Both the position numbers and the translations under genes were made by a program. A stretch of 64,000 bases of DNA from Escherichia coli. GTDB lineage: Bacteria; Pseudomonadota; Gammaproteobacteria; Enterobacterales; Enterobacteriaceae. The stretch lies in the NCBI RefSeq assembly GCF_030013595.1, contig NZ_CP122768.1; one strand, written 5' to 3'. The notes under the pieces were generated by a model. That model made no database searches. It saw nothing but the letters and a program-made list of their open reading frames with translations, and was not told the DNA's origin. Below, one piece after another: positions 1-10,392 of the stretch (its first letter is position 1; each line of letters starts with the position of its first letter).

Positions 1-186
1 GAAGGGAGCCCGTCTTCAGGAATGGATGCCTGTCTTTTTCACTGTAAATATCCTGGCATTATTAATGTCAGGATATTTACAGAAGAGCAGCATAACCATG
101 ACGGAACGGGGTTAAGTCAGGTTGTCCTTAGCGCTATTCGCAACCTCGTGCCGCCTTCAGGTTTATGTCCAGACTTCATATCTCTC

Positions 187-882
187 TCAGCAATCCTCAA
201 TAATCAGATACACCGCTTTCACCGGACCATGAACCCCGACGACTTTGATAAGCTCAATATCCGCCGTTGAACTAGGGCCGCTAATGATGTTAATGCAGGA
301 CGGCATTCGTTCACCGGCCTGCGCTTTCTGATGCAATTTTTCTGCGAGTTGCGCTACACGCGGCAGGATTGTGCTTTTACGCAGGATAAAAAGAGAAGAT
401 TCCGGGAGCAGGCTCAATGAACGCCCGCGCTCGGCGGCGGAAAAAAGAACCACGCCTCCCGATTCGGTTAAACCATATTCAGCATACACGACACCCACTT
501 TAGCCTGCTCTGCCTGCGAGATATTCTCGGCACCTTTCGCCAGATCCCAAACAACGGCATTGCATTCCTGCTGCAAACGTTCGCTAATCCCCAATTCCTC
601 CAGCCTCGTGTCACCGCTAATCACGACCGACTGATCTCCCAGCTCTTTACACAGACGTATTGCAGCTTCTGCCGCCTTCGCCTCGCTGGTCAGCTCACAG
701 CGCGTCAACATAACATCGCTGGCAAACTGAATAAACGCGTCACAGCGCTGCTGTTGGTTAAGTGCGGTAAGCCGCTCGTTAGCATAGTTGTTAAGCGGCG
801 CATCTTCTGCTTGCGGTTCAAGTCGCAACGGGCGACCCAGTGCCTGAGCAACGTTATTCAAAAATTCGCTCCGATTATCCAT
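187..882 (-). CDS. ykgG: LutC-like protein YkgG (231 aa; ORF track extends to 1029 but conserved start is MDNRSEF)
   Basis: Translation matches remembered YkgG; 8-bp overlap with upstream ykgF suggests operon. Confidence 0.8.
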   Translation of the reverse strand: MDNRSEFLNNVAQALGRPLRLEPQAEDAPLNNYANERLTALNQQQRCDAFIQFASDVMLTRCELTSEAKAAEAAIRLCKELGDQSVVISGDTRLEELGISERLQQECNAVVWDLAKGAENISQAEQAKVGVVYAEYGLTESGGVVLFSAAERGRSLSLLPESSLFILRKSTILPRVAQLAEKLHQKAQAGERMPSCINIISGPSSTADIELIKVVGVHGPVKAVYLIIEDC

Positions 883-2302
883 TCTTTTTCTCCTGCGCCT
901 GATGTTTCTTAAACCAACTACGGAAACTCTCTCCGTCAGCTTCAGGAAGATCGCGTGCTTCCATCCAGTCGCTAATCGCGCCAAATTTGAGTGGTGTTTT
1001 GCCGCCATTGATAAACCAGCTTGCCGCATGAGCGCCGGCCATCATCCCGACTTTCCACAATCCTGGATGACTATTGGCATAAGCGAACATTTTTATCGCC
1101 CGTTGCTCTGCTTTTGCGGTGATCCCTTTTTCAGCCATCACCCGACGATGACGCAAAATCAGTTTTGACAGCGGAATACGCACCGGACACACGTTGTCAC
1201 AAGCAGTGCATAAAGAGCAGGCGTAGGGTAAATCTTTAAAATCTTTATAGCCGCCAAGTAGCGGAGAAATCACCGCACCAATTGGCCCTGGATAAATAGA
1301 GCCATATCCATGACCGCCAATATGGCGATATGCCGGACAAGTATTCATACAAGCCCCGCAGCGAATACAGCGCAGCACATCCCGAAATTCAGAGGCCAGC
1401 ACCTCAGAACGCCCGTTATCGACAATAACCAGATGAAACTCTTCAGGACCATCAACGTGCCCAGCTTCGCGCGGTCCTGTCAGCCAGGTGTTGTATCCCG
1501 TCAAACGTGCACCAACGGCACTGCGCGCCAGCATGGTGATCAATACATCTACCTCGGCAAACGTGGGAGCAATACGCTCCATTCCCATCACTGCAATATG
1601 CGTTTTAGGCAGCGTGGTACACATTCGCGCATTACCTTCATTGGTCACCAGGCATACCGAACCGGTCTCTGCCACCGCGAAATTACAGCCGGTAATACCT
1701 ATTTCAGCACTGAGGAAATCTTCGCGGATTTTTTGCCGAATGAATAAGGTCATTGCTTCAGGCGTTTCCGGCCCCTCATAGCCCAGACGTTCATGTAGCA
1801 CTCGACGGATCTGATGGCGATCTTTATGAATTGCCGGGACCACAACATGAGAGGGCGGATCTTGATCCAGCTGGAGAATGTATTCACCCAGATCGGTTTC
1901 AATCACCTGAATCCCAGCATCCTGCAACACATGATTGACACCAATCTCTTCGGTCACCATCGATTTAGATTTCACCACCTTCCGGGCATTTTTGCGTTGG
2001 GCAACCTGTAAAATATAGCGGGTGGCGTCTTCTTTGGTTTTTGCAAAATAGACGTGACCGCCGTTTTGCGTCACTTTTTCTGAGAGCTGGTACAGATAAG
2101 CGTCGAGATTACTCAGAACATGATCACGTATCTGGGCGGCCCGATCGCGCCACTCCTCCCAGTGCCCCAATTCATCGACCATTTTTTGCCGATTTGCCCC
2201 AATACGCTGCTGCGCGTTTGCCACCGCTTTGCGCATGATCGGATCTTCAATTTGCTGACGGATGCGTGTCTTAAAATCTGTATTACTGGTTTTGATCGAC
2301 AT
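875..2302 (-). CDS. ykgF: LutB-like iron-sulfur oxidoreductase YkgF (475 aa)
   Basis: Cys-rich 4Fe-4S ferredoxin-like motifs (CIRCGACMNTCP, CSLCTACDNVCP); operon context ykgEFG. Confidence 0.85.
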   Translation of the reverse strand: MSIKTSNTDFKTRIRQQIEDPIMRKAVANAQQRIGANRQKMVDELGHWEEWRDRAAQIRDHVLSNLDAYLYQLSEKVTQNGGHVYFAKTKEDATRYILQVAQRKNARKVVKSKSMVTEEIGVNHVLQDAGIQVIETDLGEYILQLDQDPPSHVVVPAIHKDRHQIRRVLHERLGYEGPETPEAMTLFIRQKIREDFLSAEIGITGCNFAVAETGSVCLVTNEGNARMCTTLPKTHIAVMGMERIAPTFAEVDVLITMLARSAVGARLTGYNTWLTGPREAGHVDGPEEFHLVIVDNGRSEVLASEFRDVLRCIRCGACMNTCPAYRHIGGHGYGSIYPGPIGAVISPLLGGYKDFKDLPYACSLCTACDNVCPVRIPLSKLILRHRRVMAEKGITAKAEQRAIKMFAYANSHPGLWKVGMMAGAHAASWFINGGKTPLKFGAISDWMEARDLPEADGESFRSWFKKHQAQEKKNG

Positions 2303-2312
2303 CTTTATATCC

Positions 2313-3032
2313 TCAGCGGCTCATCAACACTTCAGCAATATGCATCACTTTGACTTTCTGCCCTTCCCGTTGTAATCGCCCACTGATGTTCAGCAGGCAA
2401 CTCACGTCAGCACCAATTAAATACTCAGGGCGGACTTCCATCAGGTGCGCAACCTTTTCTTTCACCATCTCGCCGGATATTTCGGCCATTTTGACCGAGA
2501 ACGTGCCGCCAAATCCGCAGCAGGTATCCTGTTCAGCAAAGGTCAACAGCTCCAGTCCACGCACATTTTTCAGTAACGTAAGTGGCTCGTCCTTCACCCC
2601 CAGCTTACGGGCCAGGCTACAAGATGGGTGATACACCGCTCTCCCTTGCAAACTGGCACCTACATCGACTACCCCTAATGTATTAACAATAAAAGAGGTG
2701 AGATCCTGCATACGCGCGGCAACCTTTTCGGCACGTGATACCCATTCAGGTTCATCCGCCAGATACGTCGGGTAACTTTTTACGGCATAGGTGCAAGAGC
2801 CAGCCGGTGAAATAATGGGATCGTCGTTATCCTCCAGTGCGGCGATCAGATTTTTCATCCCTGGAATCGCTTCTTTGATATAACCACTATTGATCGCAGG
2901 CTGACCGCAGCATCCCTGTTTCTCCGGGAAATTTACGCGACAGCCGAGTTTTTCCAGTAGCAGCACGGAGTCTCGTGCCATTCTTGATTTCAGGGCGTCA
3001 CCAATACAGGTGACAAAGAAATTGACATTCAC
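2313..3032 (-). CDS. ykgE: LutA-like Fe-S oxidoreductase subunit YkgE (239 aa)
   Basis: CCG-domain cysteine pairs (GCCGQP, CCGFGG); first gene of ykgEFG operon. Confidence 0.85.
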   Translation of the reverse strand: MNVNFFVTCIGDALKSRMARDSVLLLEKLGCRVNFPEKQGCCGQPAINSGYIKEAIPGMKNLIAALEDNDDPIISPAGSCTYAVKSYPTYLADEPEWVSRAEKVAARMQDLTSFIVNTLGVVDVGASLQGRAVYHPSCSLARKLGVKDEPLTLLKNVRGLELLTFAEQDTCCGFGGTFSVKMAEISGEMVKEKVAHLMEVRPEYLIGADVSCLLNISGRLQREGQKVKVMHIAEVLMSR

Positions 3033-3560
3033 AACTAATACTCCATTACTTCATGCCCATTTATGCCCGATGGTTCCCCCCTTCCGGGGGATCAATCATC
3101 AATAAATATGGCGTTCTTTTTTAATTGGCTAGCAACATACCACCCCTCATTTGTATGACAAATGATAATCTTTCATCCAAACTTCAAATGCAATAACTAA
3201 TTTTATTTCTTTCGGCATCGCTCACATTTTATAGGGAAATCGACGATCATTTTTGGCATAAGAAATCCATTTAAAAAGGCTACATCCCTTATACCTATTC
3301 AGTGCTACTTATTCAGGGGTTATTGAGATATACACTGATGGTGTACAAACAAAATCACCAACAATAATTACGTATCAAGTAATAATCGGCATTTTATTTA
3401 ATTGAAGCAATTTAGTTTGCATTTTTATTTAAAAACTGAGCTAGAGTCCATCAGAAAAAAAATATATAAAGCCCAAACCACCGTTGGAAATAGAAATAGT
3501 TGAAAGGCTCACAACTCCCGGAATGCGGATTATCTTTGCCCTGATTTCTGGCGGTTTTAT

Positions 3561-4415
3561 TCAGGGTGCAAGCTGTCTGACCCTTTCCCGATATTCTCCC
3601 GGAGTACAACCAAACTCGCGGACAAACGCCTTGTGAAAAGATGATTCACTGGCATAGCCTACTGACTCAGCGATCACCACAACAGGGAGCGTTTCCCGGG
3701 AAAACATCTGGGCCGCTATTTGTAGACGCAACTTTGTTAATACAGCTAGCGGCGTGGTTCCGGAAACATCACGGAAAAGCTGGGCAAAACTTGCCCGGGA
3801 CATGTGGGCGATGCTGGCCAGCGATTCGACGGTCCAGGCATGTCCTGGCATTTCCAGCATTTGCTGTATTACCGCACCAAGACGTGGATGCAGAAGCAAA
3901 CTGAGAATGTTTTTCTCTGTATTAACCTGTGCAATCCACTCACGCACCGCGAGGGTAAAGAATGTAGCGCAGATCTGGCTACACAGAGCATCCACTCCCG
4001 GCATTGCCGATCTGGATTCCTGTTGTAAAAACGGGATCGCCTCCCTCAGCCAGTTATATTCCACGCTATGGTTCACTGGTGCTACAAACAGCGTTTCCGG
4101 CAAAGACGTTAAAAAATAACGCGCCGAATGTTGCAGCCGAAGAGTGCCACAGACAATACAGGTCGATTCATTATCGACATGACTCAGGCGATGAGCTGAA
4201 TTTTGTGGTAGCAGGACCACATTTCCCGGGCGTAATGTAAAAATCTCTCCCGTCGGCATTTCCAGCTTCGCCGCTCCTTGCGTTAACGCATGCCAACGAA
4301 TAACCGACAATTCCCCGGCACCATGTGGAAGTTGCCAGTCACTTCCTAACACGCAATTCTTATCGATCGTTCCTTGTGGAGCGTTAAGCATCAACAAACG
4401 GCTAAGAGCATCCAT
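3561..4415 (-). CDS. rclR: AraC-family reactive-chlorine regulator RclR (284 aa)
   Basis: C-terminal AraC HTH; divergent from rclA; length matches RclR. Confidence 0.8.
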   Translation of the reverse strand: MDALSRLLMLNAPQGTIDKNCVLGSDWQLPHGAGELSVIRWHALTQGAAKLEMPTGEIFTLRPGNVVLLPQNSAHRLSHVDNESTCIVCGTLRLQHSARYFLTSLPETLFVAPVNHSVEYNWLREAIPFLQQESRSAMPGVDALCSQICATFFTLAVREWIAQVNTEKNILSLLLHPRLGAVIQQMLEMPGHAWTVESLASIAHMSRASFAQLFRDVSGTTPLAVLTKLRLQIAAQMFSRETLPVVVIAESVGYASESSFHKAFVREFGCTPGEYRERVRQLAP

Positions 4416-4641
4416 ATCAGACTCCTGAGTAGTTTTTTAATTACAAACACCAACAATCTTAGTCAATAATTAATCTAATACCATCAAATAGTTAATCATG
4501 ATTTTTGTTTTGTGATTCTGATTAAGAAAAAGAAAATACCAGACGATAAGACAAAATATCAAGCGTTGTGAAGAAATGTTATGTGCTCTTTTGCGTCTAT
4601 AGTCATGATGTCAAATGAACGCGTTTCGACAGGAAATCATC

Positions 4642-5862
4642 ATGAATAAATATCAGGCAGTGATTATTGGTTTTGGCAAGGCTGGAAAAACATTAGCCGT
4701 CACGCTGGCAAAAGCAGGTTGGCGTGTGGCTCTCATCGAACAATCAAATGCAATGTATGGCGGGACCTGTATTAATATCGGCTGTATCCCAACCAAAACA
4801 TTGGTTCATGACGCACAGCAGCACACAGATTTTGTCCGTGCCATACAGCGTAAAAATGAAGTGGTTAATTTTTTACGTAATAAGAATTTTCATAATCTTG
4901 CGGATATGCCCAATATCGACGTGATCGACGGCCAGGCGGAGTTTATCAATAATCATAGCCTGCGTGTTCATCGGCCTGAGGGAAATCTGGAGATTCATGG
5001 CGAGAAAATTTTTATTAATACCGGTGCACAAACCGTGGTTCCGCCAATTCCTGGAATTACCACCACGCCTGGTGTATATGACAGCACCGGATTACTTAAT
5101 CTAAAAGAATTGCCTGGGCATTTAGGTATTTTGGGCGGCGGATATATTGGCGTTGAGTTCGCCTCTATGTTCGCTAATTTTGGCAGCAAGGTAACCATTT
5201 TAGAAGCAGCTTCGCTGTTTTTGCCTCGGGAAGATCGGGATATTGCTGATAATATCGCGACGATTTTACGCGATCAGGGCGTCGATATTATCCTCAATGC
5301 CCATGTGGAGCGAATCAGTCACCATGAAAATCAAGTGCAAGTGCATAGCGAGCACGCCCAACTGGCGGTGGATGCACTGTTAATAGCTTCCGGTCGTCAA
5401 CCAGCTACCGCTTCGTTACATCCAGAAAATGCCGGTATCGCAGTAAACGAGCGCGGGGCAATTGTCGTTGACAAGCGATTACATACCACCGCAGACAATA
5501 TTTGGGCGATGGGAGATGTTACCGGCGGGCTGCAATTTACTTACATATCACTAGATGATTACCGCATTGTACGTGATGAGTTACTGGGTGAAGGCAAACG
5601 TAGTACTGATGATCGGAAAAATGTGCCTTATTCCGTATTTATGACACCGCCCCTGTCCAGGGTTGGTATGACAGAAGAACAAGCCAGAGAGAGTGGTGCT
5701 GATATTCAGGTGGTGACATTGCCTGTAGCTGCAATTCCGCGCGCCAGAGTGATGAACGATACCCGTGGGGTATTAAAAGCGATTGTTGATAATAAAACCC
5801 AACGTATATTAGGGGCATCACTGCTGTGTGTTGACACGAGAGTATTCAAAACACGCCAATAA
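4642..5862 (+). pseudogene. rclA: rclA (pyridine nucleotide-disulfide oxidoreductase), 5' portion; reading frame leaves native sequence after ...LLCVD (about 5835) and ends in element-derived codons TRVFKTRQ*
   Basis: GFGKAG Rossmann motif, CINIGCIPTK redox-active disulfide; K-12 RclA is 441 aa, here first 398 aa then insertion. Confidence 0.8.
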
Positions 5863-5903
5863 CCTCTTGATTCAATTGAAGTCGAAAATTTTAAGTCAAA
5901 AAT

Positions 5904-5929
5904 CGTATAGCTTAACGTGTAGCTAAAAA
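5904..5929. repeat. Sub-terminal repeat cgtatagctTaacgtgtagctaaaaa (left copy), probable integrase-binding/att-associated site
   Basis: Near-identical copy at 16432-16457 (1 mismatch). Confidence 0.55.
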
Positions 5930-6479
5930 TGTTTGCTGCAAAAGTATACAATTTTAACCGTTATGACTCCCTGTTATCCGTTATCAAGCTGGTGGATGAT
6001 CATGGATAACCCGTTATGGGAATCCCCATATCGGCATCAGGCCCATGCCATAACAAAAACCCCATATTCGTGGGTTTTCTGTGTTGTGGCTATTCTGCCG
6101 TTGCCGTGCTGGTGGATATTTCCGGTATGTGGCTCACCATATCGGCATCACGCCCACCAGCGCGACGCATTTTTTTAATTTCGCGGGTGTAAAAATTTGA
6201 CGGGGCGGGCGGTCCTATAAGCAATGGGGGGTAGGGATTTCGATCCCCCCTCCTGAATGCAATTTTCCGTATGTGGCTGTGCGGCAATCATACTCGTCAC
6301 ATGTTTTTGACAATAAAAGGCCCGACCGTGAGACTCACAAACAAAAAAGTTACGGAGAAACAGGGGATCGGGCTCGGTTGCCGCTAAATCTATTCAATTA
6401 AAAGAAGATGTCAATAGGGAAAACGAAAAAAAACAATGCTGATATTGTCATAATTTGAACAAAACCACTATATGTAGTT

Positions 6480-6710
6480 TTAGTTCATGAGGTTAGTCGC
6501 TACCAGATGCGTCAATAGTTTTTTGCTATTAATAATCCCTCTTTTTCCATCGGGAGCTTTGCACTTGTCACTACCTGGTAACTCCTGGTGGCGTTCCTGT
6601 TGCAGCACAACGGAAACAGGCGCTGAACACCTGTTAATTTTGCTTGCAGGTTGTTTGATTTCGGCAATGCTGCGGATCATCTCCAGCATATCGGCTTCGG
6701 TGATGGTCAT
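6480..6710 (-). CDS. Hypothetical small protein (76 aa) in satellite
   Basis: ORF only; lies just beyond the cos-like repeat block. Confidence 0.25.
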   Translation of the reverse strand: MTITEADMLEMIRSIAEIKQPASKINRCSAPVSVVLQQERHQELPGSDKCKAPDGKRGIINSKKLLTHLVATNLMN

Positions 6711-6718
6711 GATTTACA

Positions 6719-6995
6719 CCTTAGGAAATCTTAGGGGCTGGTTGACACTTTCCGGCTTAAGACCTTAACAAATCTTAACATCGCAGGTTGACACACTTGA
6801 CACTTTTTCGCGAAAAACCTTATCAAACCTTAGCATTTCTAAGCATGGCAACTTGACACTTTTCGCGATTTTTTCGGCTTTTTGACGTGGTAAATCTGGC
6901 GCAAAGCCAGTAACGGCGGGGTTTACAGCGAGGTTGACACTTTTTCGCGTTCAGAGTGTAAAGTGTCAACCTGGCAAGCTGCTCAACTTGACACT
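6719..6995. repeat. Cos/pac-like repeat block: at least 6 direct copies of TTGACAC(TTTT) (6742, 6788, 6797, 6853, 6934, 6988) plus one inverted copy (6963) interleaved with CTTAnnAAAnCTTA repeats
   Basis: Repeats counted directly; adjacent to TerS-like gene. Confidence 0.5.
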
Positions 6996-7003
6996 TTTTG
7001 AGG

Positions 7004-7531
7004 TCATTGATGGCCTGATTTTTCCCACTCAGCCAGGGCGTTTAGTCCGGCTTCACTCCAGTTATCCAGCTCATCGGGACAATCACCTGCAACATAGCAG
7101 AGCTCACAACGCAGCATACGAATTGCCAGCCTGGCATTTTCCCGAAAATCATACTGCTCAAAGTAATATTGCCCAGCATAATCCTCAAGGCAGATAGCAC
7201 CATCATCAAGAAATTGCACTTCACAGCATAGTTCCCCGGCTGCATCCTGTACACGCTGCTGTATGTCATTGTCCGTTACTGGTGCAGGGATTTTACCGTC
7301 TCTGGCCTTAACTGCTTTCCAGAACTCGCCCCACGTCATTTCCAGCGTTCTCTCTGGCCACATTTCAGAAACGGTATCTTTTCCCTGTGCTGGTGGGCTG
7401 TTCCGCTGCTCTGTCGCTTCCACATCGATTTTTTTACCGGACATGACCACTTCGCCTTTCTCGATCCAGTCGTAAACTGTCTGGCGGCTTACGCCTTTGT
7501 GTTTGGCATATTCTGCCTTGCTCATAAACAT
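7004..7531 (-). CDS. Terminase small subunit-like protein (Nu1-type N-terminal HTH); candidate packaging-redirection protein (Rpp-like)
   Basis: N-terminus KAEYAKHKGVSRQTVYDWIEKG resembles lambda Nu1 HTH; no large terminase or capsid gene in element. Confidence 0.55.
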   Translation of the reverse strand: MFMSKAEYAKHKGVSRQTVYDWIEKGEVVMSGKKIDVEATEQRNSPPAQGKDTVSEMWPERTLEMTWGEFWKAVKARDGKIPAPVTDNDIQQRVQDAAGELCCEVQFLDDGAICLEDYAGQYYFEQYDFRENARLAIRMLRCELCYVAGDCPDELDNWSEAGLNALAEWEKSGHQ

Positions 7532-7701
7532 GACACTTCCCCTCAGACTGTATTAATGCGCCGGAAAGCGCGTGTATTTAAATCATCCCAGGAACCGTTG
7601 AGCACCAATTAGTTGCGCGAAGTAATCGGCACCAGCGTTCCGAACAATTTCCAACTTAACGTTCTGATCATTGTTTCCTGCTGCAGGGACAATCCCACGA
7701 T

Positions 7702-8355
7702 TCATAGCCAGCGCCCGGATATTTCTTCCAGTTTTTCCAGAGCTGGCTTGCAGGCCGCATCAATAACTTCACGGACCATTCCGGCGAGCTGTTCTTCTTC
7801 TGTCGGCGTTGTTACTTCCACACCTGATGGTTTCCCGCCCTTATCCCATACGCCCAACGGTACGAGCGCAACGTGATCGATAAGAAATGGCGTACCCTCA
7901 ATGAAAAAATTGTCCTCGCCCATTACATCAGGAACTTCTGCCCCACCGGACGCACCACAAAACACAACCGACGGGCTGGTGGATACCTCCCCCCGTGCTT
8001 TCTGGATGTAATCGATGATTTCCTGCCCGTAAATCCGGCATACGCCCCACACCTCGTCACCGCGAATATACGGCAACATGACGGTGCCAATAATGCGCGA
8101 CCGTTCGCCCACGTCTTCAAGGGTTTTGCTTTCGGGATGGTCGATAATGACGGGTACTCCGGCGCAACGTTCCAGGAACTGCGGATTGAGATAAGTTTGC
8201 GGTGAACGCCAGACAAATTCTTTTTCTTCGGCGCGATAGGCCATTCCGGTTCCTGTGATACGCAGGTTAATCAGCCACATGTTGGAAAACTGATAAGGCG
8301 ACGGTAGCTGACCGTCCCGAATCTGCTTTGCCGCCTCAATTTCTGTTAAAAGCAT
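7702..8355 (-). CDS. Hypothetical protein (217 aa), satellite morphogenesis/packaging region
   Basis: ORF with coding-like composition; no motif recognised. Confidence 0.45.
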   Translation of the reverse strand: MLLTEIEAAKQIRDGQLPSPYQFSNMWLINLRITGTGMAYRAEEKEFVWRSPQTYLNPQFLERCAGVPVIIDHPESKTLEDVGERSRIIGTVMLPYIRGDEVWGVCRIYGQEIIDYIQKARGEVSTSPSVVFCGASGGAEVPDVMGEDNFFIEGTPFLIDHVALVPLGVWDKGGKPSGVEVTTPTEEEQLAGMVREVIDAACKPALEKLEEISGRWL

Positions 8356-8419
8356 AATGTCCCCCGGTTATAAGCAATAAGCCCCACCAAATCCGGCAGG
8401 GCTGAAATCAGCACGTTTT

Positions 8420-9013
8420 TCATGCCCCCGCGAGGCTTGCAACGTTAATTTTAACCAGGCGACGGGGAGGGATTTTGAAAGCACTAAGCCAGTTATTCGG
8501 ATCCCCCTGATATTCAGTAATCCGCCGTCCGGCTTCATCCATTCTTACGGTTTTACGCAAATAGCCCGGCGTATTTTCCACAGCCCACTGAACACTGTCT
8601 TTTGCAGCCTGGTAAATCTGATCTTCCAGCACCGCCAGCGTTGCAGAATCTGAAACGGAACGAATATCCACATCACTGAATTTTTTAGCCAGCTTCTGTG
8701 CACCAATTAATGCACGCTTGCGGTAATCCATCGACTTTTCACCAGCAAACGGGGCTGGAGCGCGACGGCCCATATTGCTGTATGCGGAATCCGCTTTAGC
8801 CTGGGCTTCTGCCAGTGAGGATTCATCTTCGACTGACGCGACGATGTTTTTATTCGCGTCATCCTCGTCCGCTTTTGTGAAATCCTGTGCGGGGATCGCA
8901 TTCAGAATTTCGATAATCTCCTGCGGAGTGCTGCCCTGCGACTCTGACAGAGCGTTAACCACCTCCATCAGTTTTAATCGCAAATCTTCTTTGCTTGCTG
9001 GCATTTTTACCAC
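8420..9013 (-). CDS. Hypothetical protein (197 aa), acidic and Ala/Glu-rich, scaffold-like
   Basis: ORF; composition resembles phage scaffolding proteins (inference only). Confidence 0.4.
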   Translation of the reverse strand: MVKMPASKEDLRLKLMEVVNALSESQGSTPQEIIEILNAIPAQDFTKADEDDANKNIVASVEDESSLAEAQAKADSAYSNMGRRAPAPFAGEKSMDYRKRALIGAQKLAKKFSDVDIRSVSDSATLAVLEDQIYQAAKDSVQWAVENTPGYLRKTVRMDEAGRRITEYQGDPNNWLSAFKIPPRRLVKINVASLAGA

Positions 9014-9043
9014 CTCTCTTTTTTCACCAAAAAATCACGACCA

Positions 9044-9241
9044 TCAGGCCGGACGTTCTACGGGATAAAGCGCCCGCTGCATTAAACGCCGGGCGACCTC
9101 ATGAATGCTCGGAGCAATCCCCAGCGGAGAATTGCGGCGTTCCTCGTCCTGGATGCGCTGTAATGCTTCAATCTGATCACGAGCGAGTAAAACGGGTTTC
9201 ACGCTGGCTTTTCTCATAGTCATATCTCCTGAACAAAACAA
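9044..9241 (-). CDS. Hypothetical small protein (59-65 aa)
   Basis: ORF between PerC-like gene and the 197-aa gene. Confidence 0.3.
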   Translation of the reverse strand: MFCSGDMTMRKASVKPVLLARDQIEALQRIQDEERRNSPLGIAPSIHEVARRLMQRALYPVERPA

Positions 9242-9418
9242 TGATTATGATTGCACAAACTGAAATAACGATCTACATCATTGCAATTTATGAAACAATA
9301 ACGCATGATGATCGCGTTCTTCCCATTGACTTCAATCACCTGAAAAACAAAGCCCGCAACACTTCTGGCTGCGGGTTTTTTACTGGCACAAAAAAGCCGG
9401 GAAAAATCCCGGCCTCCG

Positions 9419-9706
9419 TCACTGACTGCAATTTTTCGATCCAGGGTATTTCCTGAATGCCTTACCATTGGGCTGATGTAATCCCATCCCGGCATGTGCC
9501 CGGCTGATGGTTTCGCGCATTTCCCCGAAATTATCCTGCCTTGCTGGTGGGCGTGCTGCCTTGCGGATACATTCCGCGCGACGTTTTGCCGCCTGTTCCC
9601 GTGCCTTGTCATCATTCGCCAGCATGATGACCTCAGCCCACCGCGCCGCCGCTCTCCGGTACAGACCACGCGCTTCCAGTGCTTCCGCTTTGCTGTCGTG
9701 AATCAT
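9419..9706 (-). CDS. PerC-family-like transcriptional activator (95 aa)
   Basis: Small basic protein with N-terminus MIHDSKAEALEARGLYRRAAARWAEV typical of prophage PerC homologs (from memory). Confidence 0.45.
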   Translation of the reverse strand: MIHDSKAEALEARGLYRRAAARWAEVIMLANDDKAREQAAKRRAECIRKAARPPARQDNFGEMRETISRAHAGMGLHQPNGKAFRKYPGSKNCSQ

Positions 9707-10245
9707 GCGCCTGTTTTCTCCTTTGCTGCCCGGCGCTGACGTTTGCGCTTCTCATTCAGCGCCACCAGCCGCGTTTCTGCGTCCTGTTGTTCCTGTGGTG
9801 TCACCTCGCCGCACGGCTGGCCTTTCAGGTCGTAGCGTACCCCACCAGCCATTAAGGCGCGGTAATAGCGCGGACACTGCGCATAAGATGCCAGCGTCGC
9901 ACGCAATGCCCCTGGACCGAATGCCAGCCCCCTGACGGCGAGATCCTGCATCAGGTCGTCGAATATCCCCACCTTAAGCGGCTTCGGTGCTTCCCGGCTG
10001 AATAATTCAGGCCACAACTCAGTGAGGCGGTTAACGCGCCTGCGGTTTTTGCGCTGGCGTTTGGTCATATGCCGCCACGGTGTCGCCCCTGTGGGCTTCT
10101 GCTGCGCTTTCTGGTTACCGGGCATCACTTTATGCGCCGATGTGGTTTTATCCTGCTCCTGCGCCGCCTGCGTCGTTTTCTGCGGCGTGCCGTAAATGCC
10201 TTTCGGTTTTCTGTTAATGGTCAGCTTAGTCATGCTTTGCCCCAT
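9703..10245 (-). CDS. ProQ/FinO-domain RNA-binding protein (180 aa)
   Basis: PKPLKVGIFDDL ... YAQCPRYYRAL ... RYDLKGQPCGEVT matches ProQ/FinO N-terminal domain pattern; K/R-rich tail. Confidence 0.6.
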   Translation of the reverse strand: MGQSMTKLTINRKPKGIYGTPQKTTQAAQEQDKTTSAHKVMPGNQKAQQKPTGATPWRHMTKRQRKNRRRVNRLTELWPELFSREAPKPLKVGIFDDLMQDLAVRGLAFGPGALRATLASYAQCPRYYRALMAGGVRYDLKGQPCGEVTPQEQQDAETRLVALNEKRKRQRRAAKEKTGA

Positions 10246-10392
10246 CGTTTTTACTGGTTGCTACGTTGCCCAACGGCACTGACACAACATTCTGTTTTCA
10301 TTTTTAACATTCCTGATTTTTTAATTCCTCACCTGCTGCACAGTGAAAATTTATGAAGTTAATAACAATATGATTTTAAATGTATTTTTAAG

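Noticed and set aside
22-270. Plus-strand 82-aa ORF at the window start
   Set aside because: Overlaps the 3' end of ykgG on the opposite strand and has no RBS or recognisable motif; judged an antisense artefact.
6226-6252. Possible tRNA T-arm-like hairpin (GGGAT-TTCG-ATCCC) at the satellite left end
   Set aside because: Loop is 4 nt, not the 7-nt T-loop, and no acceptor, D or anticodon arms can be drawn around it.
9220-9669. 149-aa minus-strand ORF overlapping the PerC-like gene
   Set aside because: It is in a different frame over the same DNA as the better-supported PerC-like ORF (9419-9706) and extends through the intergenic hairpin region.
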